A model generated the notes under the pieces. That model searched no databases, was not told the origin of the DNA, and saw only the letters and a program-made list of their open reading frames with translations. From positions 1-19,359 of the forward strand of contig JBCBZT010000090.1 of the NCBI GenBank assembly GCA_039815185.1: a stretch of DNA of 19,359 nt, in the 5' to 3' direction. Positions 1 to 7,827 of this stretch are shown here, piece by piece. The DNA comes from Cyanobacteria bacterium P01_A01_bin.123 (lineage in GTDB: Bacteria > Cyanobacteriota > Cyanobacteriia > Phormidesmidales > Phormidesmidaceae). Numbering within the stretch: position 1 is the first letter of the stretch; each line of letters opens with the position of its first letter. The translations under genes were made by a program, and so were the position numbers.

Positions 1-2
1 GC

Positions 3-728
3 GCCGCTGGTGGCTTTACCCTCGACTATGGACCCTTTGGGTTTTGTGAAATTTTTGACCCTTGGTTTCAACCTTGGACTGGCGGCGGCGATCACTTTGC
101 ATTCATCAATCAGCCAAAGGCAGCAGAAGCGAATTATTATATGTTTTGGAAAGCTGTGAGACCGCTACTGGCAGAAGATGCTGACGCTTTAGAACAGTTC
201 GACCAAGTAGGCCGTGGCTTTTCAGAAGCTATGCAACAACAAGTCCAAAAAATGTGGGCGGCCAAACTTGGCTTGACTGAATTTAACCCAGAGCTGTTTA
301 GAAAGTTAATGGAATTAATGACCCACTCAGATGTGGATTACACCATTTTCTTCCGCGAGTTATCCCACATACCAGAGGATGTCTCAGCCTTAAAAAAGAG
401 CTTCTATGGTAAAACGTCACAACAATTTGATGACCAATGGCAATCTTGGCTAAAAAGCTGGCGCGACCTTGTTAACGACGGCAATTTGGCTGAGATATCA
501 ACCAATATGAAACAGACCAATCCAAAATACACATGGCGAGAGTGGTTGATTGTCCCTGCTTATCAACAAGCCATGCAGGGTGACTACACGTTAGTTAAGG
601 AGCTGCAAGACGTTCTTAGCTATCCCTATGATGAGCAATCACAAGACGTAGAAGATAAATACTATCGTCTAAGGCCTAGCGCGTTTTCTGACGTTGGTGG
701 CGTGTCGTACTATAGTTGTTCATCTTGA
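3..728 (+). CDS. selO: SelO/YdiU family protein adenylyltransferase, 3' part (5' end lies outside the window)
   Basis: The frame is open from position 3 and reads AAGGFTLDYGPFGFCEIFDP... (SelO 'DYGPFGF' motif). It also has VDYTIFFRELS, NPKYTWREW and a C-terminal SCSS. Confidence 0.9.
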   Translation, partial: AAGGFTLDYGPFGFCEIFDPWFQPWTGGGDHFAFINQPKAAEANYYMFWKAVRPLLAEDADALEQFDQVGRGFSEAMQQQVQKMWAAKLGLTEFNPELFRKLMELMTHSDVDYTIFFRELSHIPEDVSALKKSFYGKTSQQFDDQWQSWLKSWRDLVNDGNLAEISTNMKQTNPKYTWREWLIVPAYQQAMQGDYTLVKELQDVLSYPYDEQSQDVEDKYYRLRPSAFSDVGGVSYYSCSS

Positions 729-774
729 TTTTGTAAGTACATCTTCTGTCGAGTTGCTTAGGACACTATCATCG

Positions 775-863
775 GCCTAACCCGTTACGTAGCAGCAGGC
801 AACTCGACTAGCAAAGTAAGAATGCATCCTTACTTTGCTATGACTGAAAAATTGGAGTTAGGT
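775..863 (+). mobile_element. Degenerate attC-like element with central hairpin
   Basis: GCCTAAC (775-781) ... GTTAGGT (857-863), 89 bp, with a perfect 12-bp stem TAGCAAAGTAAG/CTTACTTTGCTA (809-840). The L boxes pair poorly. Confidence 0.45.
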
Positions 864-889
864 TTATCGAGCTGGTCACGGCTAACAAA

Positions 890-1753
890 ATGACTCCGAG
901 CAAAATTCCTGTTGCTATCCGTTACATCTTGCTGTCGGCCTTAGGTTTTGCGATGATGTCGGCCTGTGTAAAAACTGTGGCAGGTTATGGCATTCCCGTA
1001 TTAGAGATTATTGCTGCACGGGCATCAGTGTCTTTGTTACTGAGTTATTTAGATGTAAAGCGTAAGCGTCTCTCTGTGTGGGGGCATAATCATCTGCTGC
1101 TAGTTGCCAGGGGTACTGTGGGGACACTGGCGTTGGTCTGTATTTACTATGCAGTCTCCACGCTACCATTAGCTGATGCGACAGTGCTCCAGTATACGCA
1201 TCCTGCCTTTACCGCTATTCTGGCGCTGCTTTTTCTGGGTGAGTCAGTGAAGCGCTCAACGGTGATCTGTATCATCCTAAGTTTTATTGGCTTGATAGTC
1301 ATGGTGCGACCTGGAGCCAGTGGCGCTATGGTGGGGCTGCCGCCATTAAGTGTAATGGCCGCGTTGGTAGGTGCATTGGGTAGCGCAGTGGCATATGTGC
1401 TTGTGCGACGTCTAAGTCAGACGGAAGACAGCTCAGTTATTATTTTTTATTTTCCGCTTATTGCACTTCCTGTTTCACTGCTTTTACTGGGCAAAAACTT
1501 TGTTTTCCCAGACTTTAACGCGCTTTTATTATTGCTGTTGGTTGGTGTGTTTACCCAGGTAGGGCAAGTTGGACTCACTAAAGCGATGGCAGCAGAAAAA
1601 GCGGGTAAAGTAACGTCATATTCCTATATACAGGTTATTTTTTCCGCCATCCTTGGCGTTATATTTTTTGGTGAATTGCCTACTCTGTGGACGTTAACAG
1701 GCGGTACGTTAATCATCTCTGGGGCATTGGTAAATGCGCTATGGAAGGTTTAG
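890..1753 (+). CDS. DMT/EamA family transporter
   Basis: 287 aa with about 10 hydrophobic segments in two repeats; LPLADATVLQYTHPAFTAILALLFLGE and FFGELP motifs. Confidence 0.9.
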   Translation: MTPSKIPVAIRYILLSALGFAMMSACVKTVAGYGIPVLEIIAARASVSLLLSYLDVKRKRLSVWGHNHLLLVARGTVGTLALVCIYYAVSTLPLADATVLQYTHPAFTAILALLFLGESVKRSTVICIILSFIGLIVMVRPGASGAMVGLPPLSVMAALVGALGSAVAYVLVRRLSQTEDSSVIIFYFPLIALPVSLLLLGKNFVFPDFNALLLLLLVGVFTQVGQVGLTKAMAAEKAGKVTSYSYIQVIFSAILGVIFFGELPTLWTLTGGTLIISGALVNALWKV

Positions 1754-1755
1754 AA

Positions 1756-1893
1756 CTAATTTTCGGCCAGGGTGTGGCCTGCGGTTTGCAGGCACTCCAC
1801 CAACAGCTGGCCCGATTTATCCGTGGCTTCGGTGCGGCTGTCAGAGACAGTGAGAACGGCGATGGGTAGGGGGATGAAGGCGGCTGCAGCCAT
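1756..1893 (-). pseudogene. moaB: moaB (molybdenum cofactor biosynthesis protein B) 5' fragment, 45 codons
   Basis: MAAAAFIPLPIAVLTVSDSRTEATDKSGQLLVECLQTAGH matches the MoaB N-terminus. It stops right at the DMT gene end. Confidence 0.8.
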
Positions 1894-2063
1894 GACATTC
1901 GGGGATATAAGGACAACGCTCGGTGGCAGGTGGGACATAGACATGATCTTGCACCATCCCTCGTCATTCAGCTCACCTGTCGCAAATGCACTCCACATTC
2001 ATGCCAGGAACCGCCCCGCACGATGCGGCAGCGATCGCCTCCATCAGTGAAGTAGTGTCATCT

Positions 2064-2081
2064 AGATAACAAACGTTATTG
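2064..2081 (+). mobile_element. Possible attI-like simple site (or collapsed attC)
   Basis: AGATAAC-aaac-GTTATTG has the same TAAY-N4-GTT geometry as the site at 16011-16021. Confidence 0.3.
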
Positions 2082-2139
2082 GCATTCTGTAGAAACATGA
2101 TTGAAATTCTTAAGCCAAATCCCCCTCAGGAAAGACAAA

Positions 2140-3534
2140 ATGGCTGAAAATCGTAAAATGCGTGGGCTGAAGACCTGGCCGTCTTTGTTTGTTGCCACGC
2201 TTGTTCTCTGTTTGATGGCGAGTTTTCTTCCTGTTGGCATGCCCCTGGTGAGTGCGGCGGTGCCTCCTATTGAAAACACTGTGCCAACTAGCTGTGGCAG
2301 TCGCGCCACCAGTCCTCGCCACTACGAAGTGGCTGCCAGCCCTGAAACGGTGCATTGGGGCTACTACAGCAAAAATCGGGCGCCGGTGATTTCCATTAAT
2401 TCAAAGGACTACGTCACCCTAGAAACCATTACTCACCACGCGGGTGATGACTACGATCGCATGATTGCCGGCGACCCCGCCGTCGAAGACATTTACAGCT
2501 GGACGGCTGAGGGCAAAATCGTCAGCGATCGCGGGCCTGGCGTACACATTCTCACGGGTCCCGTTTATGTCTGCGGTGCAGAACCCGGCGATCTGTTGGA
2601 GGTGCGTGTCGTTGATCTGAAGTTGCGTCCCAGCGGCATGGATCCGACCAAAACCTATGGCTCCAACGCTTCGGCTTGGTGGGGCTATCAGTACGACAAC
2701 TACAAGGAAGACCCCAAACCGCGCGAGGTGATTACGCTATATGAAATGGATGCTACGGGTGAGAAACCGTGGGCCGAGGCCGTCTACCGCTACCAGTGGA
2801 CGTCCCAAACTACCCCCGATGGGCAAGCCCATGAAACGATTGATTACCCTGGCATCATTGTTGATCACGACACCGTTACCGAAATTGAAGACACCCTGGA
2901 AGGGGTCAAAATTCCCCTGCGTTTGCACCTTGGCTCTATGGGGGTAGTTCCTAGCGAAGCCGATGTGGTTGATTCCATTCCGCCTGGCTATTTTGGCGGC
3001 AACATCGATAACCGCAACATTGGCGTTGGCACTTCTCTGTATCTGCCAGTAGCTGTGCCCGGTGCTCTGTTCTCCGGTGGTGATGCCCACGCTTCTCAGG
3101 GCGACTCAGAACTGGATGGCACCGCCATTGAGACCTCAATTACTGGAGTATTCCAATTTGTTCTGCATAAGCAAACCGACCTGGCGGGAACCATTTTGGA
3201 GGGCGTCAACTATCCTTTGCTGGAAACCCCTGATTCCTGGATTGTTCACGGCTTCACCTACCCGAACTACCTAGAAGCTTTGGGAGAAGACGCCCAGAAG
3301 GAAATTTATACGTTGTCTTCTCTCGATCCGGCGCTCAAGGATAGCTCCGCCAAGGCACGCGACTTTTTGATGAATGGTATGAACCTGACCGAAGATGAAG
3401 CCTTTTCGCTGATTACGGTCGGGACTGACTTTGCCATTACTCAGGTGGTCGATGGCAACTGGGGTGTGCATGGCATCATTCCCAAGGGCATTTTTGCCGA
3501 AGAGAATGTGAAGCCTATGCCAGCCGCCAGCTAA
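2140..3534 (+). CDS. Acetamidase/formamidase family protein with predicted N-terminal signal peptide (start 2140 or 2158)
   Basis: Motifs TVHWGYY, HILTGPVYVCGAEPGDLLEV, PPGYFGGNIDN, GDAHASQGDSELDGTAIET and QVVDGNWGVH; basic then hydrophobic leader ending ...PLVSA. Confidence 0.9.
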   Translation: MAENRKMRGLKTWPSLFVATLVLCLMASFLPVGMPLVSAAVPPIENTVPTSCGSRATSPRHYEVAASPETVHWGYYSKNRAPVISINSKDYVTLETITHHAGDDYDRMIAGDPAVEDIYSWTAEGKIVSDRGPGVHILTGPVYVCGAEPGDLLEVRVVDLKLRPSGMDPTKTYGSNASAWWGYQYDNYKEDPKPREVITLYEMDATGEKPWAEAVYRYQWTSQTTPDGQAHETIDYPGIIVDHDTVTEIEDTLEGVKIPLRLHLGSMGVVPSEADVVDSIPPGYFGGNIDNRNIGVGTSLYLPVAVPGALFSGGDAHASQGDSELDGTAIETSITGVFQFVLHKQTDLAGTILEGVNYPLLETPDSWIVHGFTYPNYLEALGEDAQKEIYTLSSLDPALKDSSAKARDFLMNGMNLTEDEAFSLITVGTDFAITQVVDGNWGVHGIIPKGIFAEENVKPMPAAS

Positions 3535-3659
3535 AGCGATGCTGTCAAATTGTAACGACCAATGTTCTGTATCTTCTGGGCCAGTGATGACTGGAACCGG
3601 ATACTGAATCATGGCAACTAACAGAGACTCTGACCATAAACTGACGCTCCCTGTACTAC

Positions 3660-3693
3660 CCATATCGAAGTCCTCAGGAGGACTTCGATATGG
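3660..3693. repeat. Perfect 16-bp inverted repeat, possibly the core of a degenerate attC-like element (about 3616-3740) or a terminator
   Basis: CCATATCGAAGTCCTC-ag-GAGGACTTCGATATGG. AACTAAC at 3616-3622 and imperfect outer pairing. Confidence 0.7.
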
Positions 3694-3739
3694 CAAGCAT
3701 CATAGGGAAGCAGATGGGTGAGTTATCAGAAAGCTCAGC

Positions 3740-3892
3740 CGTCACTTTTGCCCACTCACAGGTAAGCGATTTAAGCTCGAAGGCTCTGAATGGCCAGGAA
3801 CACCCAGCACCCAATTGGTCTGCATTGGTCGCAAACTAGACCTCAAGGTGATGGCAGCAAAGCTAATGAACTGTATAGCTTGGGGGAAGTAG
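3740..3892 (+). pseudogene. COG0523/CobW family GTPase C-terminal remnant
   Basis: Hand translation gives RHFCPLTGKRFKLEGSEWPGTPSTQLVCIGRKLDLKVMAAKLMNCIAWGK*, which resembles the CobW_C end (GKRF..W.G.P.TQLV.IG..LD...L..C). There is no start and no GTPase domain. Confidence 0.7.
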
Positions 3893-4028
3893 GTTGCAGT
3901 TTGGGGAGGCAGATTGCATTGAGTAGACTACCAGCCAAAATTATAAACAAACCCTATGCAGTTCCAGGTGTGCAATGGAAGGGTTATTATACTGAGCTTG
4001 TCCACTTAATCACCCATATGGGGGGATG

Positions 4029-4093
4029 AGGCTGACGTATTTCTACCTAAAATGCTCAAATCAGGGAATTAGGCTGAAAAGTTTCTACCTAAA
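4029..4093 (+). repeat. 23-bp direct repeat pair with 42-bp period, upstream of an attI-like site
   Basis: AGGCTGAcgtaTTTCTACCTAAA (4029-4051) and AGGCTGAaaagTTTCTACCTAAA (4071-4093). Confidence 0.85.
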
Positions 4094-4127
4094 TACCCAT
4101 TTAAGTGAGTTATGTGGAATGGTTCTC

Positions 4128-4145
4128 TCTATTTAATAGTTATCA
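4128..4145 (+). mobile_element. attI-like cassette insertion site (crossover G|TT at 4139/4140)
   Basis: GTTATCAGGGC (4139-4149) is the exact reverse complement of GCCCTGATAAC (5260-5270) at the far end of the SDR cassette. No attC hairpin precedes it. Confidence 0.65.
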
Positions 4146-4218
4146 GGGCTTTCGAGATTCTTGCTACACAAGTCCGCTTGCTCGCCACGACGCAGGCCAA
4201 ACTTCTGCGATACTTGGA

Positions 4219-5169
4219 ATGAGAGATAGAACTTTTGGACCCAACGGCTGGACACCTGACCGCATTGACTCACTTGCGGGTAAGACGTTTGTCATCACTG
4301 GTGGGAATGCTGGCGCAGGATTTGAAGCATCACGCATCCTTTTGGCTAAAACCGCAAAAGTTGTGATGCTCAACCGGAACCCTGAAAAGTCGACTGCAGC
4401 CGTTGAGAAGTTGAAAAAAGAATTCGGCGAGGATGCCGATGTGAGCTTTGTTCGTATGGATCTTGCCGATCTTTCAAGCGTGCGCGAAGCGGCAGAACAA
4501 GTTCTGAAAACCGTTCCACAGATCGACGCCTTGATTTGCAACGCAGCCATCGCGCAGGTGCCGACGCAGAAATTCACTGTAGATGGATTTGAAAGCCAGC
4601 TGGGTACAAACCATTACGGCCACTTCGTTTTGTGCGGTATGCTTTTTGACCGGATCGAAGAATCCAAAGGCCGAATCGTGGTCGTTGCCAGTCTTGGTTA
4701 CAAGATGGGTCTGAAGACAATGCAGTTCGACGACATGAACTGGGACAAAAACTACCACCAAAACCGTACCTACTGTCACAGCAAGTTGGCACAGATGATG
4801 TTCGCCTATGAGTTGCAAGACAAGTTCAAAGAAACAAACAAGAATGTCAAAGTCTTCGTCTGCCATCCCGGCTCATCTGCGACGTCGTTGATTAGCACCA
4901 GTGGCGGTATTGGAACACGAATTATGTGGTGGCTCATGTCCAAGTCGCCAATGGTTCAAACAGCCGAGAAAGGCGCCTATCCAGAAGTCATGTGCGCCAC
5001 CGAAGATGGGCTGGAACAGCGTGTCTTTTATGGTCCTACTGGCCGCATGGAAATGGTCGGCCCGGTCGGTAAGGGCACATTGGAACCGTATGCCGTTGAC
5101 AAGCATGTTACGGCCAAGCTTTGGGATGTGTCCGAAGAGGCAACTGGTTTCAGCTGGACCTTCTGCTGA
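4219..5169 (+). CDS. Short-chain dehydrogenase/reductase (retinol-DH/WWOX-like), gene cassette
   Basis: ITGGNAGAG, NAAI and YCHSK motifs. ATG 4219 is preferred because the 4105 start lies outside the cassette boundary. Confidence 0.9.
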   Translation: MRDRTFGPNGWTPDRIDSLAGKTFVITGGNAGAGFEASRILLAKTAKVVMLNRNPEKSTAAVEKLKKEFGEDADVSFVRMDLADLSSVREAAEQVLKTVPQIDALICNAAIAQVPTQKFTVDGFESQLGTNHYGHFVLCGMLFDRIEESKGRIVVVASLGYKMGLKTMQFDDMNWDKNYHQNRTYCHSKLAQMMFAYELQDKFKETNKNVKVFVCHPGSSATSLISTSGGIGTRIMWWLMSKSPMVQTAEKGAYPEVMCATEDGLEQRVFYGPTGRMEMVGPVGKGTLEPYAVDKHVTAKLWDVSEEATGFSWTFC

Positions 5170-5263
5170 TAGGTGATTTTGCCTGTACCGGAACCCGATG
5201 GTAGTTTCGAGTGTGCATGACTGCCCGATTGAGATTCGAGCCTTCTTGGTGACTCAATTGCCC

Positions 5264-5353
5264 TGATAACAAATGCGTGAACCGGAGCGGCGAATCCGGC
5301 GGATTCTGAAATCAACGCGTAATGTTGCCGCCCGGTTACGCTGGTCGTTAGCA
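5264..5353 (+). mobile_element. attC site
   Basis: R'' TGATAAC, 5-nt spacer, then CGT[G]AACCGG[A]GCGGC pairing with GCCGCCCGGTTACG (two unpaired bases), R' GTTAGCA; 90 bp. Confidence 0.9.
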
Positions 5354-5482
5354 GTCATCGTGTGCACCACCATACCTCTTTCTCGCGGCATTAGTAGCGG
5401 CAGCGGCGGATACACCGTAAGAAGCGTATTAGTGCCATTCGTTGTACCCCTTCCGACTGCTTGATTTTAGAGGAGATGCAGC

Positions 5483-5881
5483 ATGGATCAATTCACCGGC
5501 GGTTGCTTGTGCGGCAACGTCCGAATTGTGGCGACGGGACTCCCATACCGGGTTGGCCTTTGTCACTGTCTCGACTGCCGCAAGCATCATGGTGCCCTTT
5601 TTCACGCTTCTGCGGTGTTCCCGCAGAATGCGGTGACGATCACGGGCGAAACACGCGACTACGCCGGGCGGTTCTTCTGCCCCCGCTGCGGATCGTCTGT
5701 TTACTCACGCACCGCAGACGAAATCGAAGTGAACTTAGGATCCCTGGACGCACCTGATCAACTTAGGCCAACTTACGAACTTTGGACAATCCGACGCGAA
5801 TCTTGGTTACCCCCTTTTTCGCTCACCAGACACTACGAGCGTGACCGTGAGTCAACGGGGCTCAGAGGAGTAGAGGAGTGA
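5483..5881 (+). CDS. GFA (glutathione-dependent formaldehyde-activating) family protein, gene cassette
   Basis: GGCLCG, CHCLDCRK and RFFCPRCGS motifs; GAGGAG ribosome-binding site. Confidence 0.9.
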   Translation: MDQFTGGCLCGNVRIVATGLPYRVGLCHCLDCRKHHGALFHASAVFPQNAVTITGETRDYAGRFFCPRCGSSVYSRTADEIEVNLGSLDAPDQLRPTYELWTIRRESWLPPFSLTRHYERDRESTGLRGVEE

Positions 5882-5882
5882 A

Positions 5883-5970
5883 GTCTAACAATCCCGTTGC
5901 ACACTGACCGTATAGAGTCTTTTCGTTAAGTCTAAGAGGTTACTGCGATGGATGAACGGGATCGTTAGGG
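5883..5970 (+). mobile_element. attC site
   Basis: GTCTAAC directly after the GFA stop; ATCCCGTT[G]CA pairs with TGAACGGGAT; R' GTTAGGG; 88 bp. Confidence 0.8.
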
Positions 5971-6043
5971 GCTTAACCATGTGCTCCGAGAGTCACCGAA
6001 AAGAAACCCAATCACCGCGAGATCGCACGTTTTAGGAGTAAAT

Positions 6044-6406
6044 ATGTTTGATCACGTAGTCTTTAGCACCAGCGACTATGAAGCCAGTAAAACCTTTTTT
6101 CTTAAAGCCTTGAAACCAATCGGTATAGAAGTCGTTTCAGAGGGACCGCTCGGCATTGAGCTTAGCTCTGATGGCAAGTCTTCACTGTGTATCCGTCGAG
6201 TCGAAGAAACACCCTCTCACCTTCATCTGGCATTCGTTGCGCAAAATCGCGAGCAGGTTGATGACTTTTACCGTGCATCGCTAGAAGCCGGAGCAAAAGA
6301 CAATGGTGCACCGGGCATACGCCCGGAATATAGTGGAACGTATTACGCCGCTTTCGTTATTGGACCAGATGGCCATAACATTGAAGTCGTATGTCACGAA
6401 GACTAG
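6044..6406 (+). CDS. VOC/glyoxalase family protein, gene cassette
   Basis: MFDHV, HLHLAF, GAKDNGAPGIRPEY and YYAAFVIGPDGHNIEVV; AGGAG before ATG 6044. Confidence 0.9.
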   Translation: MFDHVVFSTSDYEASKTFFLKALKPIGIEVVSEGPLGIELSSDGKSSLCIRRVEETPSHLHLAFVAQNREQVDDFYRASLEAGAKDNGAPGIRPEYSGTYYAAFVIGPDGHNIEVVCHED

Positions 6407-6432
6407 GCCTATGAGAACCGTATTCTGTCGCG

Positions 6433-6455
6433 GCCTAACGAGTAGTTGGAGCGGC
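6433..6455 (+). mobile_element. Truncated attC (left half only)
   Basis: GCCTAAC-gagta-GTTGGAGCGG resembles the left arms at 17420 and 18821, and it is complementary (6/7) to the cassette start GTTAGGG. No right arm was found. Confidence 0.6.
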
Positions 6456-6530
6456 TGTGAACGGATGATAGGTGCCAAGATTCAGGATGCTAGTGCCTAG
6501 TTGCTCCTCTTTGCTAACTATGCCTGCGTC

Positions 6531-6737
6531 TTATCCCATCAACGCCACTGTTGTTAGACCGAGGCCAAAACCTATTGTGACCAAAGCGCTGACTACTGAC
6601 AGCCACTGCATAACCCCATTACCGATAGGGAAACTTTCAATCCACTTTCGTCCACTAACGGCGGCTAACCCCAGGCTAGTAAGCACGGATGCCAGGCCCA
6701 GGCTAAAACCGCCTATAAGCACTAACCCGTAGGCGAT
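6531..6737 (-). pseudogene. Leftover 3' end (copy A) of the NicO/RcnA-type transporter
   Basis: Homologous to 8727-8933 (IAYGLVLIGGFSLGLASVLT...LTTVALMG*), with no 5' part. Confidence 0.9.
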
Positions 6738-6782
6738 TTATGGACACATAATGCCCCGGTAAGAATACAATGGCATCCTTTT

Positions 6783-6799
6783 TGATAGCAATGCTATCA
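6783..6799. promoter_or_regulatory. FitA-type operator palindrome
   Basis: TGATAGCA-a-TGCTATCA, 34 bp upstream of the antitoxin. TGCTATCA is the Neisseria FitAB half-site. Confidence 0.7.
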
Positions 6800-6833
6800 T
6801 TCGAGCAAAATCATTCCTTCTCAAGACCGCGCC

Positions 6834-7067
6834 ATGGCCAACTTAATTGTCCGCAACATTGATGATGCCATTGTCAAAGCTCTAAAACAGCGGGCCAGCC
6901 GCCACGGCGTCAGCGCCGAAGCTGAGCACCGCAAAATTTTGGAGCAGGTATTGCTGCATCCGCCCCAAAAGTCCTTTGCTGAAGTCCTGTGCCTGATTCC
7001 CAACGTAGGCAGCGATCGCGACTTTCAACGCCTTCAAGATGACACCCCCGCCGATGTATTTGCTTGA
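6834..7067 (+). CDS. FitA-like ribbon-helix-helix antitoxin
   Basis: MANLIVRNIDDAIVKALKQRASRHGVSAEAEHRKIL; overlaps the PIN gene. Confidence 0.9.
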   Translation: MANLIVRNIDDAIVKALKQRASRHGVSAEAEHRKILEQVLLHPPQKSFAEVLCLIPNVGSDRDFQRLQDDTPADVFA

Positions 7068-7473
7068 TACCAACGTCATTAGCGAGCTGCGCAAGCAGAA
7101 GAAAGCAAACCCTGGCGTGCAACAGTTTTTTAGCAAGGCCATAGACCAAAACACCAGACTGTACCTGAGCGTGATCACCATTGGCGAACTGCGCCGTGGG
7201 GTGGATCTCATTCGTCATCGCGGTGATCAGAGCCAGGCCGATTTGCTGGAAGCTTGGCTACAGAGAATTCTGACGGACTATCGCGACTTTATTCTCAGCT
7301 TTACCGCTACGGAAGCACAGGTTTGGGGATGTCTTCGAGTGCCCCAAGCTCAGAATGCCATTGACAAACAGATCGCTGCAACTGCCCTTACCTACGATCT
7401 CACACTGGTTACTCGCAACGTTCAAGACTTTGATAAGACAGGAGTTCGTTTACTCAATCCATTTCATGACTAG
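7054..7473 (+). CDS. vapC: VapC/FitB PIN-domain toxin
   Basis: YLLDTNVISE, TIGELRRG, DKQIAATA and LVTRNVQDF...LLNPF. Confidence 0.92.
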   Translation: MYLLDTNVISELRKQKKANPGVQQFFSKAIDQNTRLYLSVITIGELRRGVDLIRHRGDQSQADLLEAWLQRILTDYRDFILSFTATEAQVWGCLRVPQAQNAIDKQIAATALTYDLTLVTRNVQDFDKTGVRLLNPFHD

Positions 7474-7560
7474 CTCAGGCCAATACCGTTCCCATGGAAG
7501 CCTCTAGACGTCATCAACCGTGCTGTCCTAAAACAAGATTCGGTGCTTCTCGCTAGATGA

Positions 7561-7590
7561 CAGGTGCTAGATTCAGGATGCTAGCGCCTG
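7561..7590 (-). terminator. Hairpin downstream of transporter 3' copy B (related copy at about 6469-6499)
   Basis: CAGGTGCTAG-attcaggatg-CTAGCGCCTG. 7556-7589 is nearly identical to 6464-6498. Confidence 0.5.
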
Positions 7591-7605
7591 GTCTATCCCT
7601 ATGCC

Positions 7606-7827
7606 TTATCCCATCACCGCCACTGTGGTCAAACTGAGGCCGATGCAGACTGTTGCCAGAGCGCTGACCACTGATAGCTGCTGCATCACCCCATTACCAA
7701 TAGGGAAACTTTCAAGCCACTGTCGTCCATAAACGGCGGTTAACCCTAGGGTCGTGAGCACCGATGCCAGACCCAGGCTAAAGCCACCGATAAGCACTAA
7801 CCCGTAGGCAATTTGGTGGAGCGCGAT
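7606..7827 (-). pseudogene. Leftover 3' end (copy B) of the NicO/RcnA-type transporter
   Basis: Colinear with 8727-8948. By hand count there are 29 nucleotide differences in 222 nt but only 4 amino-acid changes. Confidence 0.92.

Noticed and set aside
717..728. Selenocysteine read-through at the selO TGA
   Set aside because: The protein already ends in CSS, the Cys form of the motif, so TGA is the normal stop.
3790..4029. 79-aa ORF
   Set aside because: It is out of frame with the CobW remnant, runs into attI-like non-coding DNA and has no recognisable motifs.
4029..4093. CRISPR mini-array or Tn7-like end
   Set aside because: There are only two imperfect, non-palindromic repeats with a 19-bp gap, and no cas or tns genes.
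4105..4218. N-terminal extension of the SDR
   Set aside because: It crosses the cassette boundary at 4139; ATG 4219 gives a normal SDR N-terminus.
6456..6473. Right arm of a mini-attC (TGAACGGATGATAGG)
   Set aside because: It pairs poorly with the left arm, and GATGA(T/C)AGGTGC belongs to the transporter downstream flank repeated at 7556.
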